A stretch of 64,000 nt of DNA, from positions 1,824,001-1,888,000 of the forward strand of contig CAWBOS010000010.1 in NCBI GenBank assembly GCA_963790475.1, written 5' to 3'. This document shows, piece after piece, positions 1 to 10,497 of this stretch. Source of the DNA: an uncultured delta proteobacterium. Its GTDB lineage: Bacteria > Desulfobacterota > RBG-13-43-22. A model generated the notes under the pieces. It was not told the DNA's origin. It saw only the letters and a list, made by a program, of their open reading frames with translations, and ran no database searches. Position 1 is the first letter of the stretch, and each line of letters opens with the position of its first letter. The translations under genes were made by a program, and so were the position numbers.

Positions 1-132
1 GGATTGCGTCTTATTGGCCTCGGCCTGGGACAAAAATATTTGGCAAAAAGTGCCCAGGACCAATCCTAAAAGGGTTATCGTGATTAGCACTTCCGTCAGC
101 GTGAATCCCCGGCAATTATTTTCTCTTTCCAT
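1..132 (-). CDS. Type IV minor pilin / prepilin N-terminal methylation domain protein (runs off window start)
   Basis: Read manually: MERENNCRG|FTLTEVLITITLLGLVLG, a class III signal peptide with G|FxxxE; starts 2 nt after the stop of the adjacent prepilin gene. Confidence 0.8.
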   Translation of the reverse strand, partial: MERENNCRGFTLTEVLITITLLGLVLGTFCQIFLSQAEANKTQS

Positions 133-133
133 T

Positions 134-616
134 TCAGCCCTCCTGCACTTTCACCCTTCCCTCAGAGGAAAGGGTAATTTTCTTTTGCCCGGAAGAATTT
201 TTTAAGACAATCGTGGTCCCGATCACTCCTCCTCGAGGTAAAAAAATCGGGTGGTTACTGCAGCTTTCCAAATTCACTCCCGGGTAAGAATAAGGATTGC
301 CCGGATCATTGAATTTCCGGAGAACCCCTTCACGGGTACCCGGCCAGCGGGAAGGGCCGGTTAAAGATTCCCTTTCTAAAAAATATTGTTTTTGTCCGGG
401 GTCAACCTGAATCCGGTAAAAGCAGTTTTGTCCAATGGCTCGCATTCGGGCCAGGTGGAAATCGGAAACCAGGCTGTTTACCGCCCCTTCCAAACGGTAT
501 TTGGGTATAACTTGGTTAAAACCATAACAACCGATCAAAAAAACCAGGCTTAAAAGGGCAAGAGTCATGATCGTTTCAATCAAAGAAAATCCCGAAGCAT
601 TTTTTCTCTTTGTCAT
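134..616 (-). CDS. FimT/GspH-like minor pilin
   Basis: G|FSLIETI prepilin motif, hydrophobic helix, ARMRAI segment, C-terminal 'ITLSSEGRVKV'. Confidence 0.8.
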   Translation of the reverse strand: MTKRKNASGFSLIETIMTLALLSLVFLIGCYGFNQVIPKYRLEGAVNSLVSDFHLARMRAIGQNCFYRIQVDPGQKQYFLERESLTGPSRWPGTREGVLRKFNDPGNPYSYPGVNLESCSNHPIFLPRGGVIGTTIVLKNSSGQKKITLSSEGRVKVQEG

Positions 617-871
617 TTTGTATATCTCCCTTCTGGGAAAAAATTGAATTTTTATTGGTTATAGCACCGCTCAAAGACAACCATTGATCCGTTATTAACC
701 GAGGAGGTATTATAGCCTTGAATTTTCGACCCGACCGGACCTCTCTGATCAAGGGCGCACAGAAAGAACTTCGAGTGGGACAGCCTTGGTCGATCGTGAA
801 TTGTTGGGTTGTGACTGCGGACAGAAGGATAAAGGAGTGGTTTACCTTAATTGAACGGAGGGTAAAAAAAG

Positions 872-1642
872 TTAACCGAGATACCAGTTCAAAAGAGCCG
901 AGCCGAAAAAGAGATGAATGACCGCCCCCAGAGAAAGAAAAGGTCCGAAAGGAACAGCATAAGTGCGATCCTTCCTCCAAACCAGGATCAATCCCAGACC
1001 CGCCAGGGTCCCCAAAAAGGAGCCGAAGACAAGGGTGACTAAAACCCCCTGCCAGCCGAGAAAGGCACCAATCATGGCCAATAACTTGATATCCCCTCCT
1101 CCCATGCCCTCTTTTTTGGCCAGCAGTTGATAGCCGACGGCCAGAAGCCATAACAGCCCGCCCCCGACCAGCAAGCCGATCAAAGAAGACCGCCACCCGG
1201 GGGACCCTGTCAGCCAGGAGAGTATCAAACCAATCCCTATCCCCGGATAGCTTATCCAATCGGGGATGATTTGATGAGATAAATCGATAAAGGAAACAAT
1301 CAACAGGGCACTGACTAAAAGCAACGCTTGAAGGAAGTCCCAGGAAAAGCCGAACTTCCAGCCTAACAAAACTGTGGCCAGAGCGGTCATTCCTTCGACG
1401 AGGGGATATTGATATGAAATTGGGGTCTGACAATATCGACATGACCCTTTTAATAGCAAAAAGCTTACCAGGGGAAGATTATCCAATACCGAGAGAGGAT
1501 GCCGGCAATGGGGACAGCGCGAACCGGGCCAGACAATAGACTCTTCCCGGGGTAAACGATAGATGCATACATTATAAAAACTTCCCAGTACCAATCCAAG
1601 GATGATCAGAATTATATAATAAAACCATGAAGGAACAGCCAT
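872..1642 (-). CDS. pilD: Prepilin peptidase / N-methyltransferase
   Basis: GSFYNVCIYRLP, two CxxC motifs, GMGGGDIKL, PFGPFL. Confidence 0.95.
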   Translation of the reverse strand: MAVPSWFYYIILIILGLVLGSFYNVCIYRLPREESIVWPGSRCPHCRHPLSVLDNLPLVSFLLLKGSCRYCQTPISYQYPLVEGMTALATVLLGWKFGFSWDFLQALLLVSALLIVSFIDLSHQIIPDWISYPGIGIGLILSWLTGSPGWRSSLIGLLVGGGLLWLLAVGYQLLAKKEGMGGGDIKLLAMIGAFLGWQGVLVTLVFGSFLGTLAGLGLILVWRKDRTYAVPFGPFLSLGAVIHLFFGSALLNWYLG

Positions 1643-1705
1643 TAGTGTTTTCTCACCCTGTAAATCATTTTATTCTTATATTCTGTATAAGAGGTCAGAG
1701 ATCGT

Positions 1706-1735
1706 TTGACAAGACTTTTTTCTTTAAGCTATAAT
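1706..1735 (+). promoter_or_regulatory. Sigma70-type promoter for the yrdC/sua5-like gene
   Basis: TTGACA-N18-TATAAT. Confidence 0.65.
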
Positions 1736-1939
1736 AAAACTATCTTTTTCTGCCCCGCAAGGACAAGAAACGCTAATAATATGGTAACCCGGTTATCAGG
1801 AAAGGGTAACGATATTACCGGGTCTGATTAGATTCTGAAACCCCTTCAGATCATTTCTGACCTTTCATTCGAAAAACCAGGAAAATAATTGGGCACCTAA
1901 AACCGGACTGGTCAAAATGTTTCTCGTTAAGGAGCTTTT

Positions 1940-2548
1940 ATGATTTTCCGCATTAATCCCTCTAATCCTCAGAAACGGCTGATCGATAAGGCCGTGAGCC
2001 TTCTAAAGGAAGGAGGGGTCATAGCCTATCCCACCGATACCATTTACGGCTTAGGTTGTGACATGTACAACAAAAAAGCAATTCAGCGCATCTATCAGAT
2101 TAAGAAAAGAGACCCCCAAAAACCTTTCAGTTTTATCTGCTCGGATTTGAAAAACATCAGCTTATATGCTCAGGTCACCAACCAGGCTTATAAGATTATG
2201 AAAAGATATCTGCCGGGGCCCTACACCTTTATCCTCCTGGGCACCAAACTGGTCCCCAAAATCATGACCACCAAGAGAAAAACCGTGGGCATTCGGGTGC
2301 CTGACAATAACATTTGTCTTTCTCTGGTAAAGACCCTGGGCAATCCGATTATCAGCACCAGTGTCGGTTTCTCAGGAGGGGAGGTCTTGTCCGATCCTTC
2401 TTTGATCGAAGAAACCTTTGGATCGCAGATTGATCTGACTATAGACGGGGGCATATTGGCCAATCAACCGTCTACGATTATTTCACTGATCGATGATGAG
2501 ATTGAGGTGATACGGGAAGGATTGGGAGAGTTTCGTCAATTCTTATAA
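1940..2548 (+). CDS. Sua5/YciO/YrdC family protein (threonylcarbamoyl-AMP synthase-like)
   Basis: YPTDTIYGLGC, LPGPYTFIL, VGIRVP motifs. Confidence 0.9.
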   Translation: MIFRINPSNPQKRLIDKAVSLLKEGGVIAYPTDTIYGLGCDMYNKKAIQRIYQIKKRDPQKPFSFICSDLKNISLYAQVTNQAYKIMKRYLPGPYTFILLGTKLVPKIMTTKRKTVGIRVPDNNICLSLVKTLGNPIISTSVGFSGGEVLSDPSLIEETFGSQIDLTIDGGILANQPSTIISLIDDEIEVIREGLGEFRQFL

Positions 2549-3441
2549 AAAATAGGCGGGAGCAATAAAAGCTGGGCCGAAGGCCAGGGGAGTTGGAGGG
2601 ATTCCTTGATCTCTCCCATCCATTCACTAAAGATAAGGTCCCAAACCGAAAAACGTTTCTTTTCCTGAAAAATCAATTTAACCTCGCCTCTAAGACCCAC
2701 CATTTTTTTGGTCAGTTCAACCGCGTCTTCGAAGCTACCCAATTCATCCACCAATCCCAGGTCCCTGGCCTGTTCCCCGGTGAAGATTCGTCCATCGGCA
2801 AGCTTCTCCACCTTTTCCCGATTTAAACGGCGTCCCTTAACAACAACCTCTACAAATTGTTGATGGACATTTTTAATCACTTCTTCCAAAAGGCGGCGTT
2901 CTTCTGGTTTCATTTCCCTTACCGGCGAGCCGATATCTTTAAAAGGACCGCTTTTAACCACCTCCCGGCTGACCCCGATTTTATGAAGGAGGTCTTTAAT
3001 GTTGGACAACTCCATGATCACACCGATACTGCCGGTCAGAGTCGCCGGATTGGCCACAATCTTATTAGCCGCCAAAGCCACATAATAACCTCCGGAAGCA
3101 GCCACATTTCCCATGGAGGCCACCACTTTTTTCTTGAGAACGGTTCGTTGGACCTCCCGGTAAATTTCCTGGGAGGCGGCGGTTCCTCCTCCAGGGGATT
3201 CAATCCGAAGGATAATCGCCTTGACCCGGCTGTCTTTCCGATATTTCTTTAGTTGTTCCACCACCTCTCTGGAGTCGGTTATGACCCCCCGTAGGGAAAC
3301 GACGGCGATACGATTACCAAAACTTATGTCAAAATCCCTTTTAAGAAAGAGGGTTATTCCCCCCCAAAGGAGAACCAAGCCGCAGGCCACCAGACCGTAA
3401 ATAAATAATCCAAACAGGACAGGGTGTTTTTTTTCAGACAT
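2536..3441 (-). CDS. sppA: Signal peptide peptidase SppA (36K type)
   Basis: LRIESPGG, AASGGYY, GSIGVI, DGRIFTG. Confidence 0.93.
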   Translation of the reverse strand: MSEKKHPVLFGLFIYGLVACGLVLLWGGITLFLKRDFDISFGNRIAVVSLRGVITDSREVVEQLKKYRKDSRVKAIILRIESPGGGTAASQEIYREVQRTVLKKKVVASMGNVAASGGYYVALAANKIVANPATLTGSIGVIMELSNIKDLLHKIGVSREVVKSGPFKDIGSPVREMKPEERRLLEEVIKNVHQQFVEVVVKGRRLNREKVEKLADGRIFTGEQARDLGLVDELGSFEDAVELTKKMVGLRGEVKLIFQEKKRFSVWDLIFSEWMGEIKESLQLPWPSAQLLLLPPIFYKN

Positions 3442-3470
3442 GCTTTTAGCCGGGACATGGTGAAGGTTAA

Positions 3471-3517
3471 AGTTCGGAGTTAGGAGTAAACGCTTAATCC
3501 CGAACTCTCAACTCCGA
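3471..3517. repeat. Short heptamer tandem repeats in inverted arrangement
   Basis: AGTTCGG AGTTAGG AGT ... TCCCGAACTCTCAACTCCGA, between rpsA and sppA. Confidence 0.5.
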
Positions 3518-3595
3518 GTTGATTTACAATTTTCATGCGAAAGCTCCTGACAATCTTAATAAATGAAAAGCTTCCCCATGCGGGAAAAGTCGGGA

Positions 3596-5380
3596 TCAGG
3601 ATTCGTCCGAATCCAGGTTAAACTTATTTTTGTTTTCCATTTCCTCCCGTAGCAAATCACCCAGATTGGAACTAGCCTCTTTGGAGCTATTCAGGTATTC
3701 TTTCATCAAGGTCTGATCCTCCTCTTTCTTGGCCCGGCGGATGGAAAGTCCGATTCTTCTCTCTTTCCTGGCGACGTTGATTACCTTGGCTGTGATCGTA
3801 TCCCCCACTTTATATAGCCCGACCGGAGTTTTGATCTTCTCCTTACTGACCTCTGAGACATGAACCAACCCTTCCACGCCTTCTTCAACCTCAACAAATA
3901 TTCCAAAATCGGTCACATTGGTGATAACCCCGTTAACTAAGGATCCGGTAGGATATTTTTTAGGAATTTCTTCCCAGGGATCAACTTCCAGTTGTTTAAC
4001 TCCTAACGAAAAACGTTCCTGATCCTTATCGATATGCAGGACTTTGGCCTGGATCTCCTGTCCCTTTTTGTACAATTCTGAAGGATGTCTCACCCGCTTG
4101 ATCCAGGAGATATCCGAAATGTGGACCAACCCATCGATTCCTTCATCAATGCCGATAAAAATCCCGAAATCGGTAATGTTTTTAATTTTTCCTTCAATCA
4201 CCGTACCTTCCGGATATTTTTCGGCAATCACATCCCAGGGATTGGGTTCGACCTGCTTCATTCCCAGAGAAATCCTTTTTTTATCCGGATCCACGGACAG
4301 AACCACGGCCTCGACGATTTCTCCCACCGACACAATCTTGGATGGATGTTTAACCTTCTGGGTCCAGGACATTTCAGAAACATGAATCAACCCTTCCACA
4401 CCATTTTCCAATTCTACAAAGGCCCCATAATCGGTCAGGTTGACTATCTTTCCCTTGACCTTCCGACCGATCGGGTATCGCTCAGTCACCGTAGTCCAGG
4501 GATCGGGATGGAGTTGTTTCAATCCCAAAGAGACTCGATGACGTTCCTTATCAAAATTTAACACTTTGACCTGCATTTTGTCGCCCACCTTGCACAATTC
4601 GGAAGGGTGGCTGGCCCGGCCCCAGCTCATATCGGTTACATGCAACAGGCCATCAATTCCGCCCAGGTCGATAAAAATCCCATAATCGGTAATGTTTTTC
4701 ACTACCCCTTCCAGGACTTGATCATTTTCGAGGGTATCTAAAATCGCATTTCGTTGTTCCTCCCTTTCCTTTTCCAAAAGAACCCGTCGGGATAGAACAA
4801 CGTTATTTCTTTTCTTATTATATTTTAGGATTTTGAAGGGGAAGGACTGTTCCAGTAAATGATCCATATCACGAATCGGCTGCAAGTCGATCTGAGATCC
4901 AGGCAGGAAAGCAGGAATACCGATATCAACCGTCAGCCCGCCTTTAACTTTTCCGACAATCTTGCCTTCAATAACCCCGTCATCGCGATAAATTCGGCTG
5001 ATTTCATCCCAAACGAGGATCTTGGCCGCTCGTTCTTTGGAAAGAAGGATATCCCCTTCTTCATCGTCACGTTTTTCAATCAAAACATCCACCCATTCAC
5101 CGGTCTGAGCCGTTATTTCTCCCGTGGGGGTTAAAAACTCACTAATAGGAATGCGCCCCTCTGATTTATAGCCGATATCAATCATTACAAATTCCTTATC
5201 AACACCGACAATCCTTCCTCTAACCACCTCCCCTTCCTGAAAGGTCTTCAGGCTTTCCTCGTATAATTCTTTAAATTCCTCTTCCCCCGTGTTCCCTGGA
5301 GACCTCTCATTCAAGGTCGTCTTTTCTGTGGCTTGGGTTTCGTGTTCTTGGTTATCCATTTCCTCTGTGTTTTTTTCCAT
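3596..5380 (-). CDS. rpsA: 30S ribosomal protein S1
   Basis: Six S1 repeats (e.g. DYGIFIDLGGIDGLLH, DFGIFIG). Confidence 0.97.
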   Translation of the reverse strand: MEKNTEEMDNQEHETQATEKTTLNERSPGNTGEEEFKELYEESLKTFQEGEVVRGRIVGVDKEFVMIDIGYKSEGRIPISEFLTPTGEITAQTGEWVDVLIEKRDDEEGDILLSKERAAKILVWDEISRIYRDDGVIEGKIVGKVKGGLTVDIGIPAFLPGSQIDLQPIRDMDHLLEQSFPFKILKYNKKRNNVVLSRRVLLEKEREEQRNAILDTLENDQVLEGVVKNITDYGIFIDLGGIDGLLHVTDMSWGRASHPSELCKVGDKMQVKVLNFDKERHRVSLGLKQLHPDPWTTVTERYPIGRKVKGKIVNLTDYGAFVELENGVEGLIHVSEMSWTQKVKHPSKIVSVGEIVEAVVLSVDPDKKRISLGMKQVEPNPWDVIAEKYPEGTVIEGKIKNITDFGIFIGIDEGIDGLVHISDISWIKRVRHPSELYKKGQEIQAKVLHIDKDQERFSLGVKQLEVDPWEEIPKKYPTGSLVNGVITNVTDFGIFVEVEEGVEGLVHVSEVSKEKIKTPVGLYKVGDTITAKVINVARKERRIGLSIRRAKKEEDQTLMKEYLNSSKEASSNLGDLLREEMENKNKFNLDSDES

Positions 5381-5567
5381 TAACCTTTTATCCCCCTAAA
5401 CTTCCTTTTTTCTCTTCAAGAACCGGGAGTTTATCGATATTATTTCTTCCCCGTCCTTGCCTCTGTTCAGCGGCTACGGTAATTTACGCAAGCTTATCAA
5501 AAATATTCATAAAAATCAAGTTTAATTGATTATCCCTTCCCGTCAATTTTTTAGGCAACATCGCGGT

Positions 5568-6272
5568 TCAGCGAGACCGGAAATCATCGGCAGAAGTGTT
5601 TGTATCCTTGAAAATTCGGGAATGAATGGATCGGACAACCTCTTCGATCGACAAATGAGAAGTATCCACCACCCAGGCCCCCGGGGCAGGACGTAGTGGG
5701 GCCAAGGTCCTTTCCTGATCCTGACGGTCACGAGCTTCCATCTCCTTTTCCACCTCTTTCAGGGTAACGGACTGCCCTTTCTGGATCAGTTCTTCGAATC
5801 TTCTTCTGGCTCTTACCTCCAAGGAAGCATTCAAAAAAAATTTAAATCCGGCCTGAGGGAAAATAACTGTACCCATATCCCTTCCTTCGGCGATTAGGCC
5901 CCCCTGCCGGCCGAGAGCCTTTTGTCTTTCAGCCAAAAAGGAACGAACTTCAGGTTTCATAGATATTGCGGAAGCCAATCGGCTGATTTCCGGGGTTCGA
6001 ATTTCCTGACCGACATCGCTACCTTGAACCCAGACCCTCTGCCCCGGCCCGTTCCCTTCAATGACAAATTCTAAATCCTTTAAGAAAAGGGTAAGGGCCT
6101 TTCCAGCTAAATCTTCTTTTTTTTGTTTTCTTAGTATCCAGGCAACTACCCGGTACATGGCCCCGGTATCCAGACAATCCAATCCCAATTGCTCGCCTAA
6201 AAGCCGGGCGATGGTGCTTTTACCCGCCCCTGCTGGACCGTCAATAGTGATGATGATATTCGGTTTGGCCAT
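5568..6272 (-). CDS. cmk: Cytidylate kinase
   Basis: ITIDGPAGAGKST, DTGAMYR, EGRDMGT; ATG at 6272; adjacent to rpsA. Confidence 0.95.
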   Translation of the reverse strand: MAKPNIIITIDGPAGAGKSTIARLLGEQLGLDCLDTGAMYRVVAWILRKQKKEDLAGKALTLFLKDLEFVIEGNGPGQRVWVQGSDVGQEIRTPEISRLASAISMKPEVRSFLAERQKALGRQGGLIAEGRDMGTVIFPQAGFKFFLNASLEVRARRRFEELIQKGQSVTLKEVEKEMEARDRQDQERTLAPLRPAPGAWVVDTSHLSIEEVVRSIHSRIFKDTNTSADDFRSR

Positions 6273-6449
6273 TAAGGTTGATCTCGAAAAAGTCAAATTC
6301 GATGAGGATATTTGTGAAATTTTGAAATCGGGGATTGCTTCCTTATTTAACGCCAAATGATCGCGTGGAAAAGCCGGACTTAAGGAGCGTTTCACTTTAG
6401 ACAAAAGGCGACGGCCCCTGGCTATCCTTGTTTGAGGCGGCTTTTTTAT

Positions 6450-7536
6450 TTAAGGAGCTAGCACCTGTTTCAAGGCCCGTAAAAACCGCTGGTTTTCTTC
6501 GGGGAAGCCCGATATTGACTCGGATATAATAATCCAGGCCGTAACTTTTCATAGAACGGATAATAATCCCCTTTTTCAGCAGGGCTTCATAGACCACCTG
6601 TGCCTTCAGGGGAACCTTTATCAAAATAAAATTGGCCTGGGAAGGCACGTAGGAAAGACCCATTCTGGTCAACCCCTTTTCAATCGTTTTCTTTCCGGCG
6701 CGAACCAGAGTGCGGGTCTTTTCATAGAAAGCCTGGTCTTTCAAGGCCCCCAGGGCGGCGGCCTGGGCCAGAGAGTTCACATTAAAGGGTTGCCGAACCC
6801 GATTAACGTAATCGGTCAGCTCCGGCTGGGCCAGTCCATAGCCGATACGAAGCCCAGCCAACCCATAGGCCTTGGAAAAAGTTCGAAAAACTATAAGGTT
6901 TTTTCCAGAATCGATGTAATGCAGTCCACTTGGGCAATCCTTATCTTCCACAAAGTCAATGTAGGCCTCGTCCAGAAGTATCAGAATCCGGTCAGGAACA
7001 CTTCTTAAAAACCATTCCCATTCTTTCTTTCTGATGGTGGTGCCGGTGGGATTGTTAGGGTTGTTGATAATGATGATTTGAGTTCGTGGGCCGATCCGGG
7101 ATAGAATCGCTTCCAGATCAATCCTAAATCTTTTGAGCGGTACCAGGATACTTTTTCCGCCCAGGGCCTGAACCGCCTTTTCATAAACCAGGAAAGAGGG
7201 AACGGGAGATATTACCTCAAAACCCGGTTTCATAAAGGTCTTCAAGGCCAATTCGATTATCTCGTTGGATCCATTACCTAACAAGATTTGATCCGCTGAT
7301 AGGCCCAGAAGCTGGCTGAGCGCTTGTTTTAAATAGTAACCGCTTCCATCGGGATAGCGATGAATCTGGGGCAGGACGCGTCGTATGGCCTTCAAGGCCA
7401 GAGGGGAAGGACCCAATGGATTCTCGTTGGAGGCCAGCTTGATTACTTGTTTAATCCCATATTCCCGGGTTAATTCTTCGATGGGTTTTCCTGGAGGATA
7501 GGGGACCAGATCAAGGATTGATTTTTTTATTTTCAT
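6450..7536 (-). CDS. hisC: Histidinol-phosphate aminotransferase (one apparent frameshift near 6505; corrected end GLPEENQRFLRALKQVLAP*)
   Basis: KLASNENP, NPNNPTG, DEAY, RTFSKAYGLAGLRIG. Confidence 0.92.
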
Positions 7537-7729
7537 GTTTTTCCTTATTTATTAACCAGTTCTTACATCACCGCTCATTAAAAATCAATAGCTTTTCTTG
7601 AAAAAAGGAATCATTTTTTGGAATTGGACCTGCTAAAAGTTCTTGCCTTTTCATGAAAAACAGGTAGAATTAACTCCTAATTTTTATTAAGATCTAATCT
7701 TGAAATCAATTAAAGAAAGGGAATCGAAG

Positions 7730-8005
7730 ATGAACAAGTCCCAGTTGATTGAAGCCTTAGCCAAAGATCAGGACCTGACCATCAAGAACGCCGAATTAGT
7801 CGTGACCCATTTTTTTGAGAGTATTGAGGAGGCCCTGGCTAAAGGAACAAGGGTAGAGATCCGTGGCTTTGGTAGTTTTAAGGTTAAAAATTATCAAGGC
7901 TACAAAGGTAGAAACCCAAAAACCGGGTCCATCATCAATGTCTCCAGAAAAAGACTCCCCTTTTTCAAAGTGGGGAAGGAATTAAAAGAACGAGTTGACG
8001 TTTAG
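7730..8005 (+). CDS. ihfB: Integration host factor beta / HU-family DNA-binding protein
   Basis: MNKSQLI, RVEIRGFGSF, GRNPKTG, PFFKVGKELKERV. Confidence 0.85.
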   Translation: MNKSQLIEALAKDQDLTIKNAELVVTHFFESIEEALAKGTRVEIRGFGSFKVKNYQGYKGRNPKTGSIINVSRKRLPFFKVGKELKERVDV

Positions 8006-8012
8006 TCCAATT

Positions 8013-8281
8013 CTTGGCCGTGCTAAGCGGGGAGCTGGCGGTGCCCTGTACCCGAAATCCGCTCATGCGGGGCAGAATCTCCTTTTGAGGGTTGTAATAA
8101 CAGTAAAGGTTCCTTTATCTAAGGTCAGAATTGGACGGTACGCAACAAACGGTTATGAACTCCGTCAGGTCTGGAAGGAAGCAGCGGTAAATAATGCGGT
8201 TTGTGTCGTATCTATCTCCAATCCTCGTCGTTAGGGCAAGGTCTTTAGTGTCGTTGATTCGAGAAAGGATGCACGGCCAAG
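8013..8281 (+). ncRNA. ffs: Large bacterial SRP RNA (Alu-domain type)
   Basis: 5' GCCGTGCTAAGCGGGGAG..GCGGTGCCCTGTACC..AATCCGC Alu-domain start; helix 8 GTCAGGTCTGGAAGGAAGCAGC; ends CTTGGCCGTGC / GCACGGCCAAG pair. Confidence 0.93.
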
Positions 8282-8695
8282 GATTTGTCATTCCCTCCTG
8301 ACTATAGAATTATGGTCGAGTTGTTACCTTCTTTCTTTCTAAATATTCCCACCTAACCATTTGTCATGAATAAAAAAAACCATAAATATCCTTGACAAAC
8401 CCCACTGACTTATTAATAATGAATCTCTAAGAAAATTACGAAAGGCCATTACCGTGGAAAACGTCCAGGCGGAAGATTGAAATAAGACCTTATACTTAGA
8501 TTCTGTTTTCGCGGGAATGAGAAGGAATGAATATTGCAGACAACTTATTTGAGTCTTAAAACTCAAGACTGCGACAGAAATTGGACAAAAGAGATTGTTT
8601 TTCAAAGCCTTGGGTCCTATCCCAGAAGATTTTTTGTACTAGGCCTCTCTTTTATTAATTAATTAAAGATAATTATATTTAATGACAATAAATTA

Positions 8696-8724
8696 TTGAC
8701 AAGGCCTCTTTTTTCTTGTATATA
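8696..8724 (+). promoter_or_regulatory. Sigma70-type promoter upstream of pilM
   Basis: TTGACA-N17-TATATA in an AT-rich region. Confidence 0.5.
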
Positions 8725-8865
8725 ACATTTTAAAATTTCTTAAATAAATGAGTTACTTCCTAAACTGAAAAAACTTCATCGGGAAATCAAGGATATTAAA
8801 TTTTATGGCAATTATGTCTGATATTATGTAATTTAAAACAAAAAATAGTTAGTTAAGAAGACCCC

Positions 8866-9924
8866 ATGTTGTTTTCAAGCACTGGCAAGGAAAATTATAT
8901 CGGAGTAGATATCGGCTCCCACTCCGTGAAAGTTTGTCATCTGGCCCACGGACGGAGAGAGATTTCTCTAAAAAGTTTCGGCCTGGCCAATTTACCTTCT
9001 TCAGCCATAGTCAACGGGGTTATCAAAGAACCTCAAATAATTGCCAATTCGTTACAAAATTTGTTAACCCATTTGCATATAAAAACAAAAGAAATCGTTT
9101 TTGCTATTTCCGGCTATTCGGTTATTATTAAAAAAATTGTACTGCCCTATATACCGGAAAAAGAATTGACCCAGTCCATCGAATACGAGGCCCAACAACA
9201 TATTCCCTTTGATATCAAAGAAGTCAATCTTGATTTTCAAGTTTTGAATCCACCCAAGGCCGATATGGATTCCATGTCCGTCCTTCTGGTAGCCGCCAAA
9301 AAAGAGACTTTGAACGCCTACCTGGAAATCTTCGAATTGTCGGGCTTGGAAGCCTCCATCGCCGATGTCACCGCCTTCGCCTTGGCTAATGCCTACGAAA
9401 ATAATTATCCATTAGATTCCACTCCGGTAGCCCTGGTAAATCTGGGTGCCGGTCAGATCACCCTCCATGTCCTTAACCAATACGGCCCTGTCTTTACCCG
9501 GGATATTTTTTTGGGAGGCCGGCAGCTTACTGAACAAATACAATCGCTATGGAACATTTCTTTTGATGAAGCTGAAAAAATAAAACTGGGCAGGAACCGG
9601 ACGCCGGACCAATTAGACCGAATCGGTCCTCCTTTCTTATCGATCTTTCAAACCTGGACGGAAGAAATTAAACAGGTACTGGACGTTCTAAGCGCTTCCG
9701 ATCCAGAAAATAAACCGGCGAAAATTGTCCTCTCGGGGGGTTCTTCTTTAATGCCCGGACTTCCACAATTACTTTCCAAAGGACTTCAACTCCCGGTGGA
9801 ATTATTAAATCCTTTTTCCCAAGTTGGGATTGATCCGGAAATCTTTGACCCCGCTTATTTGCAAAGCGTAGGGCCCCAAATGGCCATTGCTTTCGGCCTG
9901 GCCTTGCGTCAAAAGGGGAACTGA
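8866..9924 (+). CDS. pilM: Type IV pilus assembly protein PilM
   Basis: IGVDIGSHSVK actin-like start, HIPFDI, LSGGSS, GLALR; first gene of operon. Confidence 0.93.
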   Translation: MLFSSTGKENYIGVDIGSHSVKVCHLAHGRREISLKSFGLANLPSSAIVNGVIKEPQIIANSLQNLLTHLHIKTKEIVFAISGYSVIIKKIVLPYIPEKELTQSIEYEAQQHIPFDIKEVNLDFQVLNPPKADMDSMSVLLVAAKKETLNAYLEIFELSGLEASIADVTAFALANAYENNYPLDSTPVALVNLGAGQITLHVLNQYGPVFTRDIFLGGRQLTEQIQSLWNISFDEAEKIKLGRNRTPDQLDRIGPPFLSIFQTWTEEIKQVLDVLSASDPENKPAKIVLSGGSSLMPGLPQLLSKGLQLPVELLNPFSQVGIDPEIFDPAYLQSVGPQMAIAFGLALRQKGN

Positions 9925-10490
9925 TGATCCGAATTAACCTTCTGGCCGCCCATGAGGTAGGAAAGGAAAAAAATCAGCGGTGGTTCCTTCAGGGGATATT
10001 ACTGGCTGGCTTGATTGTAATAGCAACCGTTCTTATCGGGTTTTGGATGTTGGGGAGCCAGGTCCAAAATCTTAAAAAAGAGAAGGCGGCCTTGGAAATG
10101 CAAACTCGGGAAGCCGCGGCCCTTCAAAAAGAGATCAAAGATCTCAGAGACAAGAAGGAGGTGTCCCAAAACAGGTTGGCCCTTCTTCAAAATCTGGAAA
10201 AAGAACGCCACGGTCCGGTACGCCTGATGGAGTCACTCTCGGCAATCATTCCGGTCGATCAACTCTGGCTAACCTCTCTAAAAGAAACCGGCCCGGAAAT
10301 AAGGATCGATGGAGTGTCCCTGGGTAATGATATTCTGGCTGACTTTATGAAACGGCTTGAAGCTTCATCCCTGTTCAAGCAGGTAGATCTGGTTCATTCG
10401 ACTCAGGCCGTTTATAAGGATATGAAGGTTAAAAATTTCACTCTGATCGCCTGGTTGAAATTTCCGGCGCCTTCGGAAGAAAAAAAATAA
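9924..10490 (+). CDS. pilN: Type IV pilus assembly protein PilN
   Basis: MIRINLL motif, TM helix, coiled coil, LWLTSL. Confidence 0.92.
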   Translation: MIRINLLAAHEVGKEKNQRWFLQGILLAGLIVIATVLIGFWMLGSQVQNLKKEKAALEMQTREAAALQKEIKDLRDKKEVSQNRLALLQNLEKERHGPVRLMESLSAIIPVDQLWLTSLKETGPEIRIDGVSLGNDILADFMKRLEASSLFKQVDLVHSTQAVYKDMKVKNFTLIAWLKFPAPSEEKK

Positions 10491-10497
10491 AATACCT

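Noticed and set aside
617-871. c-di-GMP (GEMM) riboswitch upstream of the minor pilins
   Set aside because: GEMM consensus elements not found on the minus strand.
576-1442. 288-aa minus-strand ORF overlapping pilD
   Set aside because: Alternative frame of pilD with no recognisable domain.
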